This document shows positions 1-12,584 of a stretch of 64,000 bases of DNA, piece after piece. The stretch spans positions 48,980,001 to 49,044,000 of the forward strand of contig CM059435.1 in assembly GCA_030390025.1 (NCBI GenBank), read 5' to 3'. The notes below the pieces were generated by a model. The model did not search any database, was not told the DNA's origin, and worked only from the letters and a program-made list of their open reading frames with translations. The translations under genes and the position numbers were made by a program. Every line of letters starts with the position of its first letter. The stretch's first letter is position 1. The DNA comes from Squalus acanthias (lineage: Eukaryota).

Positions 1-53
1 GTCAGCTCGATGTTTGTTGAGGCTGGAAGTGTTTTCTTTGACAGACTCTGCAG

Positions 54-145
54 ACATGGAGTTCCTGGAGGTGCTGACAGAAGGCCTGGACCGGGTGCTG
101 TTGGTTCGTGGCGGGGGCCGTGAAGTCATCACCATTTACTCCTGA
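54..145 (+). CDS. SLC12A5: Last coding exon of a K-Cl cotransporter (KCC2-type)
   Basis: Acceptor ctctgcag|AC followed by (Y)[32 protein letters not shown], the conserved KCC C-terminus. The paralog is assigned from its tail-to-tail position next to NCOA5, as in human. Confidence 0.88.
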
Positions 146-3100
146 GCTCCAGTCCACTGCCAGTATACACGCAATGAACCCATCACAGCTTTTTATCAGT
201 GACTCCCAGTCTCTTCTCAATGTATAGTGTTTGCCATGCAGCTAAAGAGACTTCCTATCCGGTTCCTGGTAACGGTTTTTGTAAAATGTTTTCCTTTGAC
301 GACAGGATAGGAAGTAGCACTGAAAAGACAAGGAAGGGGAATGCTCACCTACACAGCTTCTTCTTGTCTTGAATGACTTTGCTTATCGTTGTCCTTTCTA
401 CGCTTCAGTTGTTCCCTCGGAACTTCTCATTCAAGTTGCAATATTAGAAAACATTTAGGGTCACTGAACACTTTTAAGACTATCACTAGTGTACATGGAC
501 ACTCTGTAGGTGTAAGTAACCAGTTATAGGGCGTATAGCTACATACTCAAATCAGCAGCGTTCACATGACTAGACAAAACTTCCTGACAAACATACTATT
601 TACAATTTAACCCTTGGTACATCACGGGTGGATTATTCCGCGCTCCGGCTGTCAGGATAATTCACCGGTGCCGGTACTCCTATATTTCGCACTAGAAAAT
701 CACGCCAAAGGTTGACTTGCTTGCATCTGTGATGCAGCCTTGCTAATCTCCAAACATCCAGGCAACAAAATGGTTGAAAAACTGGCCTTTTGAATTGGTT
801 TTCATCCGACTCAAGGCTAACCTGTTCAAAGTGGGTTCCATTTTCAAAAGGGAACCAGGGGCAGATGAAAGCTGAAAATAAAACTATTTATTTTTAAGGG
901 GGAGAAAAGTGTAATATAGATAGAATATGGTATATTAGATACAAATAAAGTAAAAGTAAAATAAAATGAAACATAATATGGGGAGGAGCAGTCTAGGGTT
1001 AGCAGATGTAATGTTCAAAACGCTTTATTCTTATTTCACTTTGTTGGTGTTTGTTTTAGTTGTATAGGGTTAGTATTACAGTAATAATGCTACTCCTGAT
1101 GTTTGAGTAACTGTAATACTTGTGCTTGTTTCAGCGAGACAATAGTTTCCCAATGGTCTAAGGGTTAATTGGACTAGTTAAATAGATGTGAAAACACTCG
1201 AATCCATTTTCTGTTACACGCACCATAATTAGCTGAGGTGTGCATTCTCCAATAATATTGCTTCAGAACCCATAAGGTTTTGTAGCCTGCATTTCAACAT
1301 ATCAATAAATAAAATGAACATCCTTTTTAACATATTTAGACTTCTTAAAGAAGTTGTGATTACTTTTTGTCTGGAAGGAATTGGGGGGGGGGAAATAATT
1401 ATGAGCAATATGAATATATTTTCACAGATAAGAAGCATTTTTCACTGACCCTAAAAATAAAGGATATTCAGTTATTGCAGGTTGTGTACATACAGTTGTT
1501 TTCTAACTGAGCTATAAATAGCAAATTACTGTAAGCTGCAAGAAGGGCTGAGCTATATTACTCAAGATGCTGTGCGAACCTTGGGAACTTATAAAGCAAT
1601 CATTTATTACAAGGTTCTGAAATTAAACATTTCCACTAGGAAAGTCTGTCTATTAATTAAAAACCCTGAAATGCAAATGATTAGCATGTATCGTACCGTA
1701 TTATAAAATATTTACTTTTTCACTTTTCTTTAACATATCAAACTGATTGTTCGTGATTTGGAGCTGATGTCAATTATGTAACTAGATAAACTGAAATCAT
1801 TTGCAAAATTTAAATGACATATATTATGAAAACGATGGCTTTGGCAGCTCGCTCATAAGCATTTAAAAGCTGTGTCTTGTGAGCATTTCCCTCTGATGAT
1901 AATTTTGTACATATTGTATGCATTTCAACGTAGTGCTGCAAATGACATTAGCAGTATTTCGTTTTTGACCATTCAGTGCATCTTATCGGGGAAATCCAAT
2001 CAGAATCTATCCAATCCAATCTATCCAATCAGAACAGGGCAAACTGAAGGCAAAGCCATGACTGACCACAGCCAGATACTCGTTCAGTAGAGGTACAATA
2101 TTGCAGAAGTCAAGTGTAATCTAAGACACTGAAGTTTAAGAATTGAATTTGAATGATAGCAAATTATCAAAATAGAATTATGGTCTAGACAGGTGCGTAA
2201 CCTTAGATCTTAGATCAAAATAACCAACTGCAATTAAAATTCAGAAACATAAATGTTTAACATTCAAACACACACTCGTTTGAAAAGGATTGGTATTTTA
2301 GAGTCTGATACTTGTTGAGGATTCGTGTTCAGTTGACAATCTGACGAGCAAGTAAACACCGAATGACATTAATTTCCAAAGCACCTTCTAGCTCTTCTCT
2401 TTTTCTTTGCAAAAAAATACCATTTCTTTTCAGTTTTTTCTTTCTCAATCTTTCAGAATTTTTGCTTTAACGTTTTGCCTTCATTGAGGAGGTGGGTTCT
2501 GCCAAAAATGTTCATTGTTGGACGAAGAATTGAAGTAATGATGCTATGCATTTTGTGGCCACAAGGTGTCACCAAAATGCTTTAGTTGCTATTTCAATAT
2601 TTTTCTTAAATATTATTTAATGGCTCCCTCATATTATTGTCTATTATTTCAATAGTTAAATAAAAAAAATGAAATTTGTGTCTTTAAAAAAAATTGGATC
2701 TCTTTGGTTTATTTTGTATAATGACTATTGCCAGACACAACCCTTTTTAGATTTCATACATTTTTCCCACTGACATCAGTAGCATCAATAATCACAATCA
2801 TGTTGTCTTTGCATTTTTCAACGGATCATAAACTAATTTTGTTTTTGTGCCAATTGAAGATAAAACACAACCTAACTAAAGTGTTAGTTCTTATTAAATC
2901 CCTTATAATTCCTGCAGGGATTACTGAATTATCATTGGCTTCTCACAAAGTGGTTACAAGGCACTGCAGTAGTGCCCTAGTGGCATACAGCAACAGTGGT
3001 GCATGCCTGACCAAGAACTCTCAGACCTGGAAATGTGCAAAGCAACAATGTATGCGTGAAACCATCACCCAACATTGCCCAGGTACCACGGAGGCAGGAG

Positions 3101-3317
3101 CCAGTCTCAAATTGGTTTTAAAATATTGAGATAGATCATCCAAGAATTTTTCAGAATTTCAAATCAGTGGATCGCAATGCTATTTTTTCCCCCTAAACTT
3201 CCTTAACGTCTATAAACAGTAAATGCAATTCTGATCAATCTGGAGCTCTGTCCCACACCACACACCAGCTGCACCCCCCCCCCCCCCCAATCCATACAAC
3301 AAACTCAAAGAGAATAA

Positions 3318-3612
3318 TAGAAGTTTAAGGCACAGAGGGAGGCCATTCGGCCCATCGTGTCTGTGCCAGCCGAAAAAGAGCCATCCGGCCCAATCCCACT
3401 TTCCAGTTCTCAGTCCGTAGCCTTGTAGGTTACGGCACTTCAAGTGCACATCCAAGTACTTTTTAAATGCGATGAGGGTTCCTGCCTCTACCACCCTTTC
3501 AGGCAGTGAGTTCCAGACCCCCAACACCCTCTGGGTGAAAAAACATTCTCCTCAACTCCCCTTTAATCCTTCAACCAATTACTTTAAATCTATGCCCCCT
3601 AGTTATTAACCT
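3318..3612 (-). mobile_element. CR1 LINE 3' fragment
   Basis: The - strand encodes ..VWNSLPERVVEAGTLIAFKKYLD.., the CR1 ORF2 C-terminus, followed by a CR1-type 3' UTR. Confidence 0.85.
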
Positions 3613-3744
3613 CTGAAGAGGTGTCTGGAATGTAAACTGTCAATCAAAGAGCATTCTGTTTCCATGGCAAGTTGAGTGACGTCTACCATCATTCAAATTA
3701 GAAGAACACAAATGAAAGCTTTCTGTTTAATTTTAAAATATTTA

Positions 3745-4270
3745 CCTTTTACTGGCCTGTTTATAATGTTCCTTACTGGTACGTTAGGACAGTTTCTAAC
3801 AGTACTTACTGGCACTTTACTGGCCAGTTTCTAATGATACTTGCAGACACTTTGCAGGCAAGTTTCTAAGTGTAACTACAGGTATTGCACTAACCATTTT
3901 CTAACAATATAGAATTTTAGCCAATGCCTAACAGTATCTTTAAAATTTTACTAACAGTACCTACAGCTAGTTACTAGACTGATTCTGAAAGTACTTGCAG
4001 GTATTTTACGGACCAGTTTCTAACAGTGTATACAGGTACGTTACTGGCCTGTAACTAACTGTACTTATGGGGAATTACTGAACAGTATCTGACAGTATGT
4101 AAAACTATTTTATTGGCCAGTTTCTAACAGTACTTACAGGTATTTACTGTACATATTCTAATACTACTTACAAGTATATTACTGACCAGTAAAAAACACA
4201 ACTGTTTACTGGACAGATTCTACTAGTGCCCACACGTATTTACTGGACAGTTTCTATCAGGACTTATAGG
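3745..4270. repeat. Degenerate ~35-bp tandem repeat (approximate consensus tttactggccagtttctaacagtacttacaggta)
   Basis: 'ttcta' recurs at 3794, 3829, 3864 and 3899 (35-bp spacing) and at 4122/4156. Confidence 0.75.
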
Positions 4271-4595
4271 CTCTCTGTGCTTCCAATGTTTTCTGGCTAA
4301 GATTATTCAGTGTAGGGAGAACTCTACATCCTCATTAATGCATCCTCATTCAATAAAGTTTGTAGATGACCATTCTAAAACTACTTTTATATAATTTGTA
4401 ACTTTTATTGAACCTATGGTGTCGACACTTTGATGTGATTGGTTATCAATGCAGATTTATAAAATAAGCCAAAGAGAACAAACTTAGCTCTAAAATTAGG
4501 CACAGTAGACAATAATGGATCACAGTCCATGCAGGAACCTGAACACAACAAACCACACGCCATGAACATTCAGACGTTTGTCCTGGAAAGAGAAA

Positions 4596-4657
4596 GGTGT
4601 TGTGCGACCTCTCAATTTTGTCCACCCCAGTCCAACACCGGCATCTCCGCATCATGA
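4596..4657 (+). mobile_element. 3' end/tail fragment of the Penelope-like hammerhead element family
   Basis: ggtgttgtgcgacctctcaattttgtccaccccagtccaacaccggcatctccgcatca matches the 3' ends at ~11967-12025, ~26280-26338 and ~44506-44562. Confidence 0.8.
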
Positions 4658-6070
4658 CCTTTGAGATTAGCATGGTGTTTACCGACCAAATGCTGTTCTT
4701 TCGACTGATTTAATTATCTCCATTCAGAAAGTGCTATTGTCTGTTGCTGCAATGCTCAGATACAGTAATAAGAATTCACTCGGATATCAGCCACTGAATG
4801 GTCATTGCCAGATTTAACTAGAAAAAAGTACCTAAATCTATATTTCAAACACGATCTTTAAGATATATATATGGAGATTAGTTATAGAATTGTGTTTGAA
4901 GTATATATTTCTGCTTCCTTTAGTCAGTCCTATAACGTGCTAGGTGTTGTAGTTACTTTTTAAAAATCTCTTATTAATTGAGAGCGATACTAAAATGAAT
5001 GGGATTTTTGTATTGTGCCATTTCCTGCTGTACCAACGAACAAGGCAGGTCTCAACCATCTGTCTTGTCTCTCACTGTCGGTGTTGTGGGGGGAAGGAGA
5101 AAGGGAGGGAGCCTGGTATTTATAGACTCACTACTTGCACCGCCGCTAACAGTGACTCGCGTGTTTAAATTCATAGCATTAACTTACTTTTCTCAAATGA
5201 TGCTGGCTGTTAGGTCGCAGTTTTAACTAAATGCAAAAAAAAAGAGTAATATGCAAAATACCAACTCCCTCGCTTTAAATTTCATCCATATAGGACTTTA
5301 TGCTAAGTCATTTATAAAAGTGTTGGCGCATCATTTAAAAGTGAAATGCATTACTTTTGAATCTGTTTTCATTCGATGGTTTACTTGTTACCGGATGCCA
5401 AGATCATTTCACACCGGCTTCTTGTCACGTCCTTTGCTGAAATGCAGCAGACATATCTGATATATCCTTCGCAAACGATCAGGACAAGCTTAAATCCGTT
5501 CTCCTTGCCTGCCCCAAAAAGTTGACCCGGGTTTCATGTCTGTGAATTAGATATCCGACTATATTAGCTATCAGTTCCTAGCTGAATTTACAGTCTGTGT
5601 AACGAATGAAATGAGTTGTATGAGATGTTGACCAAAATGCTGTGATGTGGAATCACCGAGGACGGGTATTCTGAATGGAGAACATTGCCACTCATCTTAG
5701 TTTCAATCGTCAATAATTAATAAAAAGATCACCAGTCGGTATTTACTGCCTCCATTTTTTCTATTTGCCTGAGGATTTTACAACAAAAAACATCTGCATT
5801 GCAGTATTTTCGTATTTTATCCCCGCTGAAAGGTTTAATTCCCTTTTTGAAAATAAGCCTGATGTAATCTATTGTAAAATGGGATTGGTTAATATAAACA
5901 TCTGCTCGAAGGAGTTGGGGGAAAGAAAATTGGAGGCAGTAAAGGGTCCGCAAGGAGCTTGTCAAAGCAGAACTATTTTGCTCACCCTTACTTCCCAGCT
6001 GCCTTTCAGCAACAGCTTTTGTACTGAGACTGAGTTTTTCTGGTGAAACACCCACTTTGTTTGATGAGTG

Positions 6071-6583
6071 CAATGGGAACTATTGGGACTATGGACAATG
6101 GGAACTATTGGGACTATGGACAATGGGAACTATTGGGACTATGGACAATGGGAACTATTGGGACTATGGGCAATGGGAACTATTGGGACTATGGACAATG
6201 GGAACTATTGGGACTATGGGCAATGGGAACTATTGGGACTATGGGCAATGGGAACTATTGGGACTATGGACAATGGGAACTATTGGGACTATGGGCAATG
6301 GGAACTATTGGGACTATGGGCAATGGGAACTATTGGGACTATGGACAATGGGAACTATTGGGACTATGGGCAATGGGAACTATTGGGACTATGGGCAATG
6401 GGAACTATTGGGACTATGGGCAATGGGAACTATTGGGACTATGGGCAATGGGAACTATTGGGACTATGGACAATGGGAACTATTGGGACTATGGGCAATG
6501 GGAACTATTGGGACTATGGGCAATGGGAACTATTGGGACTATGGGCAATGGGAACTATTGGGCCTATGGACATTGGGAACTAT
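6071..6583. repeat. Homogeneous 25-bp minisatellite, ~20.5 copies of caatgggaactattgggactatgg(a/g)
   Basis: Read directly. Units differ almost only at the last base. Confidence 0.97.
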
Positions 6584-8269
6584 GCTGGAAGAGCCTCAAA
6601 TAAGACAGGCAAAAAATGAATGGGTATTTTTATTAATTACAGACATGCATACATAAATGCATTTGCCAAAATCTGTAATCATTGCCAGTCTTTAGCAGAT
6701 ATCAAACATGCAGTATTTCTTTTGTTTGGCTAACATTAAAAAATGGAAGTACTCTGAACCACACTTTACTGCAATAGAATAAAAGACTGGTGCTACAGGC
6801 TGTGTTAATGGTGTAAGTTAATGTAACTGTATCCATATCTGCAGTTGATGACTTTAGATAAATAACCTACAACCAGTTGTTGCTGGAAGGAATAGTCTCC
6901 TGTAGCCTGTTAGCTCTGATAAGTATCACTATCAGTTCGTGTGCTGTAGCATTAGGTTACTGATAATCTGTGGATCATGTTTTGATTAACAATTGGGTGT
7001 TGTTGGTAGGCCTAATGTTAACCAAGTGTGATCTAAATAACTGCAAGTTTAATTAGTTCTTTAAACTAAACAACTAAGTTTAAGTACTTGCTTTCAGAGC
7101 CTTAGATAATTGTGACACATCTTCAGAGTTGTTTGTTTCTAGTCACTAGCAACTGCAGTGAAGCTCCAGACCAATTAATAAAAATAGCCATAATCACACA
7201 AGTAAATACACAAATTAAGGACCAAATGTTCTAGGGATAAAACCTATGCCAACTTTTGGGACATTGTCTCCTTAACACTCTGGATTCTATGTATGTCTGA
7301 CCCTTTAATGATTCTTTAGTGAAGGAACATGATCCTCTCTCTCCAAGGGTCCCTTACTCTAAAGCATGATCGAAGGGTCATACAGTTGAACAAAGTGTGG
7401 TCAGTTCCATTAAGTCTGAACTATTGTCAAGACAAGCTAAGAAAAAGAGAGACTGACTCTTAATAACGGGAGCACCAGATTTGTTAGTCTATACAAAAAG
7501 ATGCATTTAAAAATATTAAGAAACAAAGCATACATTGATGATTGTGCTTGTGTATTTTTCCACTGTCTTTGAGTTTTTGCACTCTTGAATTAACTAATGT
7601 AAAGAGGAACTTCAGAGTCTGGATGCCTGTGTATTCCCTGGTGTGTATTTCTGTGCTGTGGTACATCTTGCTGTCCAAAGGTTGAATGCATGCATTTTTC
7701 AACTTGTAAGAAAACTGTCAGAAAGTAAATGGATCCGCACATTTTAATAAAGACTGTAAAATAATATTTTGGAAGGCTGAAATAATTAGGATGTTATATA
7801 GCTGTTTTACGTGTTAACTTTCTGATAACTTGTGTACATAGAGCCAGCAATAAGGGATACTGTCTCTTTAGAGTATTTATTATGCAAATTTAAGTAAATT
7901 TGAGCTGTTTCAGTAAGACATAATTTAGCCAGAAAGGAGCAGTATCTTGCTGACACCTGACCTCCTTCAGAGTCTTCCTGTACTGTTTACAAGACTCATT
8001 TTATGGCATTAGCTAAACTGATGAAACCCATGTGAAATGAAACACAAAGTTATGTACTACAGGAAGCAATGAATCTCAAATAAGTTGCAACATGTGCCAA
8101 ACAAGATGAGACCTCAATGTTCATAGTCTTCCAATTATCTGAGAGCATTGCCACTTCCTTGCCACAGTAGGTATATTCATCCTTGGAAATTAGCTGCCAG
8201 TCCTTGTGCTCCGTAGAGGTTTCTCTCAGCAGTATCTTACAGACTGTACCAATCTAGCTATTTCCCATG

Positions 8270-9980
8270 GAAGACCACCTGGTGGGAGTGGACATGACTA
8301 TTTCTAATCATGGTGGGACCAAAGGCCAGTGCCCTTTCATAGGTTGGGAATACAATTACTTTCCCTTCATACTATGGAACTCAAATCATTGTTTCTTCAT
8401 TGAGTGGCACAGGGCATATTATTGTTTAAAAAAATGGAATTAGAATTCTTATTCCTTCATAGGCTTGGACCAGATATTACTATTCCTTGACAAGGTTGTA
8501 CTGGAATCATTATTCCTTCATTGGGTGGGTCTAGAATTACTATTCCTTCATAAAGAGATACTAGAATGACTATACCTCGATAGATTGGAACTAGAATCAC
8601 TATTAATTTCAATAAGTGTGACCAGAGTATTTCTTCATGTCCCTAGATATTACTATTGCTTCATAGCATTCATTCATAGGGTTGGGCTAGATTCTCCATT
8701 TCTTCATAGGGTGGAACTAGAATTATTATTCCTTCAGAGTGGGATTGGAATCAATATTTCTTCACATGGTGGGACCAGAATAACATAGATACTTCTGTTT
8801 CATATCGTAGGATTGGAATCTTTGTTCTGTCTTAGCATTAGGATGGGAATCACTGTTCCTTCATAGGGTGGAATTGAATGTTACTATTCCTTTCTAGGTG
8901 GGACTAGAATCAGCATTCCTTCATACAGTGGGAATAGAATTATCATCCTTTCATAGAGTGGCATTCGCTATTACTAATGCTTCATATGGTGTGATACAAA
9001 TCACTATACCTTCATTGAGTGGAAGTAGAATGACTATTCCTTCATGGGGTAGGAGTAGAATCACTATCCCTTCATAGGGTTGAACTAGATATCACACTTT
9101 CTAAGATAGGAATAGAATCACTGTTTCTTATTGGGATGGAGCTAGAAACACAATGGCCTGAATTTTGTAGTCAGCGGCGAAGGAACAGTGCTTGCCGTTG
9201 ACCTCGAAAAAAGCTGCCCACCAAGTTTCAATGGGCTCTAAAGCACAGACTTCCTCTACAAGGGGATCTGTGGCATCCAGCAATAGGGCAGGCAGCAGGT
9301 AGAATGATCAACCAATCAGACTAAAGAATTCTCACAGACGGCAAAGCAGGAAGTAAAAAGCAGGGAATATAGATCAAATTTAAATTATTGTACAGAAAGC
9401 AAAATAAAGACTGGAACATACACATGGGATTAAGTGAGACTTTAAAAAATATATATATATATTTAAAAATCTGCAACTTTTAAATTTTCTTCTGAGGGAA
9501 TGAAACTCCACATTTGTAAAATTAGTTTTTCAGGGACAGAGAGGTTGTTCAGCAGTAATTATTAATTAATACGCCATTAAAAACTCAGTTACTCCTGATT
9601 GAACAAGGCTTAACCTTTTCATTGGGCTTTACAGTGAGAATAGTGGGTAATTAGTTTAAGTACATGACAAATCAGTGATTTCTATGTTGATTCTATCTGC
9701 GAGGACTGCAGCAGCGTACCCTGTGAAGGAGTAGGGTATCTCTGACAGTCATAAATTGCTGTCAGTTTTACCCAGTAATAACGGCGAGCGCTGACAGCCT
9801 CGCCGTTATTACTACCACAAATTCGGGACCATTTTCTTCATTGAGTAGCACTATTTCTTCAAAGGCTAGAACTGAAATCACCATTCATCATATGGGGGGA
9901 CTAGAATAATTCTTCCTTGATAGGGTAGGACTGAAATCATTATTCTTTCATGGGATAGGACTATAATCATTACTTCTTCA
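8270..9980. repeat. Degenerate ~30-32-bp tandem satellite (approximately tattccttcatagggtgggactagaatcac), interrupted by a MITE-like element; units resume at ~10880-10975 and ~14177-14207
   Basis: Recurring 'ttccttcatagggtggga-ctagaatca' units. Confidence 0.8.
9152..9833. mobile_element. Non-autonomous DNA transposon/MITE-like insertion with imperfect TIRs and subterminal hairpins
   Basis: Left end aatggcctgaattttgtagt resembles the reverse complement of the right end, aatggtcccgaatttgtggtagt. It interrupts the satellite. There is a perfect 15-bp stem at 9774-9788/9799-9813. Confidence 0.55.
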
Positions 9981-11860
9981 CATTTCAGGTTATTCAGGGA
10001 TATTGGGTGAATTTATATTATGATGTTGCTATGAAGTTAAATTTAGCTCAGAAGGTGTTAACTCTCAGCAAAATATAAGCTATGTGAATGTTGATTAGGC
10101 CATTTGATTAGGTACTGCTTGAAGTAGTTAACAGAATTGAATATACTCAAATTGAGAGGATCATTTGCAATGTCGAGAAAGGAACTGGATACAACGTTGC
10201 GTCAATTTCATTCATTGAGCAGCAGGAATCCTAGCTGTCCAGATGTGTTTCCAAACCCCCCTCGTGTGAAGGGTTTGATTGGCAGCTCAATGAACCAATC
10301 CTCAACACAAAGAACTGGGGGCGGGTAGCGAGATTAAGCTTTTAGCTTTTCCGCTCACTGGGATAAAAAATAGTCAGTCTGTAGCAGGTTTTGGAGGCTT
10401 CATTCCCAGGAACAATGAAACAGGCTGAACAGTCTCTCTTTTTCTAAAGTTCGGACCAGTGAGTTCAGTAAAGCAAAGGTAGGCCCATCGCAAGGGAAAG
10501 TTTGCGTAATTTATTATTTTTGATGTTACGAGGAGTGTTAGGAAATAGGTAGATCTTTCCGTGAAAACAGTATTCTGTTCAGTCATGTATTTCATGTAAA
10601 ATGTTGGTTCACAATTGACCTCATCTTACTAAAGTGCTGATCAGTATACCTTCTAAAAGATAGGAGAAATGCACATGGGGCATGCGCATGATCACAAAAT
10701 CAGTACACAGGAAGGGTCTTATTGCTATGGGCTCTGTGTAACATTATCATATAACTAGATATTGAGCTGTAAAGGTACACATCTGATATTTTAGGGTGAC
10801 AGGACTGACTGACCGATGATGCTCAATCCGGGAATATCTAGAGCATACCTGAAATTTGTAATGGGGATATTACAAATATATTACTAGATATTACTATTGC
10901 TTCATAAGGTGGGGCATGAATCATTATTCCTTCATAGGATAATTATTCTTTCATGGGGGTGGGATTAGAATCATTTTCTGGAAACCAGAAAATAGCAGAA
11001 AGGAACAGCAATGAGATCAGAGGACAGAGAGATATAAACAGCAGTAAAATTAGAAATATCAGATTGAGGAAAATAGCAAAAGTAATGAAGGAGGTATTAA
11101 ATTATATCTACACCAACGTCCGTAGTGTAACGAATAAGGTTGGTGAGCTGTAGGCACAAGTTGCCACCTGGGATTATGATGCAGTTGCATTAACAGAGAC
11201 ATGGCTCAAACAAGGCCAGGAATGGGTTCTTAATATTCCTGGTTACCAAGTATTCAGTAATTATAGAGATGGAAAAAGAGGAAGGGGGCATGGAAGTAGT
11301 GATTAAGGATGATGTTACAGTTCTAAATAGAAAGGATATACAAAATGGTTCTAGGACTCAATTTATTTGGCTTGAGTTAAGGAACGGAGGGGGAGATGTT
11401 ACATTGTTGGGTGTTTTTTTTTTAAATAGAGCTCCAAACAATGAGATTGATGAGCAAATTTGTTTGCAAATTTCAAAGGCGTGTAACAAAAATAGTAGTA
11501 ATATTAGGAGACTTTAATTACCCTAATATAGACTGGGAAAAACATAGTTCCATGGGTAGGGAAGGAGAGGAATTTCTGCTATGTATACAGGAGAACTTTC
11601 TCAGTCAATGTCTCCAGTCCAACAAGGAAGGAAGCAGTGTTGAATCTGGTTCTGGGAAATGAAGTAGGGCAAGTGCAATGAGTTATAGTAGGAGATCATT
11701 TAGCTAACAATGACCACAGCATAATTCGATTTAGAGTAATTATGGAAAGAGACCAGAAAATATCAACAGTAAAAATGTTCAACTGGGGAAGGGCTAATTT
11801 CAGTGATTTAAGGGGGGACCTAGCACAGGTAGATTGGAAAAACGATTGCAGGGTAAAGTA

Positions 11861-12025
11861 CAGCTTTCGGAGCTGCTGCTCCTTTGTCAGGTGAAGACTT
11901 CACTTGACGAAGGAGCAGCAGCTCCGAAAGCTTGTGATTTCAAATAAAACTGTTGGACTATAACCTGGTGTTGTGCGACTTCTCACTTTTGTCCACCCCA
12001 GTCCAACACCGGCATCTCCGCATCA
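11861..12025 (+). mobile_element. Penelope-like short palindromic insertion (hammerhead-bearing) nested in CR1
   Basis: TSD (ca)gggtaaagta at 11849-11860 and 12024-12035. Inverted arms 11862-11896 and 11898-11932, then the ~41-nt tail. Both hammerhead cores carry a substitution. Confidence 0.8.
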
Positions 12026-12485
12026 GGGTAAAGTAGTAATGGAACAATGGAGGGCATTCAGGGAAGAGATAGTTCAGCTACAAACTAGGCATATTCCTTT
12101 GAAGGGAAAAGGTAGAGCATCCAAAGCTAATGTGCCCTGGATGACAAAGGAAATAAAAGTTAAAATAAAACAGAAAAATGAGGCTTATGACAAATGTCAG
12201 GAGCAAGATTCAGTTAATAACCAGGAAGATTATGGAAAGTACAGGAGGGAATTGAAAATGTTAATACTGCAGGCAAAGAGAGGTTATGAGAAAAGATTAG
12301 CAGGCAACATTAAATTGAACCCTAAAACATTTTATAAACAAAGGTTAGCTAGGGAAAAAGTTGGGCCTATTGAGGACACAAAGGGAAATCTTCACAGAGG
12401 CAGAGCACATGACTGAAGTATTAAATGAGAACTTTGCATCTTCTTCACAAAGGAAGCAAATGATGTGAAGGTTACACTAAATGAG

Positions 12486-12584
12486 TATGAGAAGTCGCAC
12501 AACACCAGGTTATAGTCCCAACAGTTTTATTTGAAATCACAAGCTTTCGGAGCGCTGCTCCTTCGTCAGGTGAAGTCACACGAC
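12486..12584 (-). mobile_element. Penelope-like short insertion (single arm) nested in CR1
   Basis: 12-bp TSD acactaaatgag at 12474-12485 and 12585-12596; same family sequence in - orientation. Confidence 0.8.
12537..12573 (-). ncRNA. Minimal type I hammerhead ribozyme motif
   Basis: UCAC-CUGACGA-A-GGAGC(AGC)GCUCC-GAAA-GCUU-GUGA: core boxes, stem II, stem I (UCAC/GUGA) and a palindromic AGCU in place of stem III. Confidence 0.7.

Noticed and set aside
1995-2032. Clustered CCAAT boxes
   Set aside because: Explained by a small local duplication; no other promoter evidence.
2728-3129. 133-aa ORF downstream of SLC12A5
   Set aside because: Non-ATG start, AT-rich, with no motifs or splice support.
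6043-6656. Three overlapping 183-199-aa repetitive ORFs, or a possible CRISPR-like array
   Set aside because: Artefact of a stop-free 25-bp tandem repeat whose frames rotate. There are no unique spacers and the context is eukaryotic.
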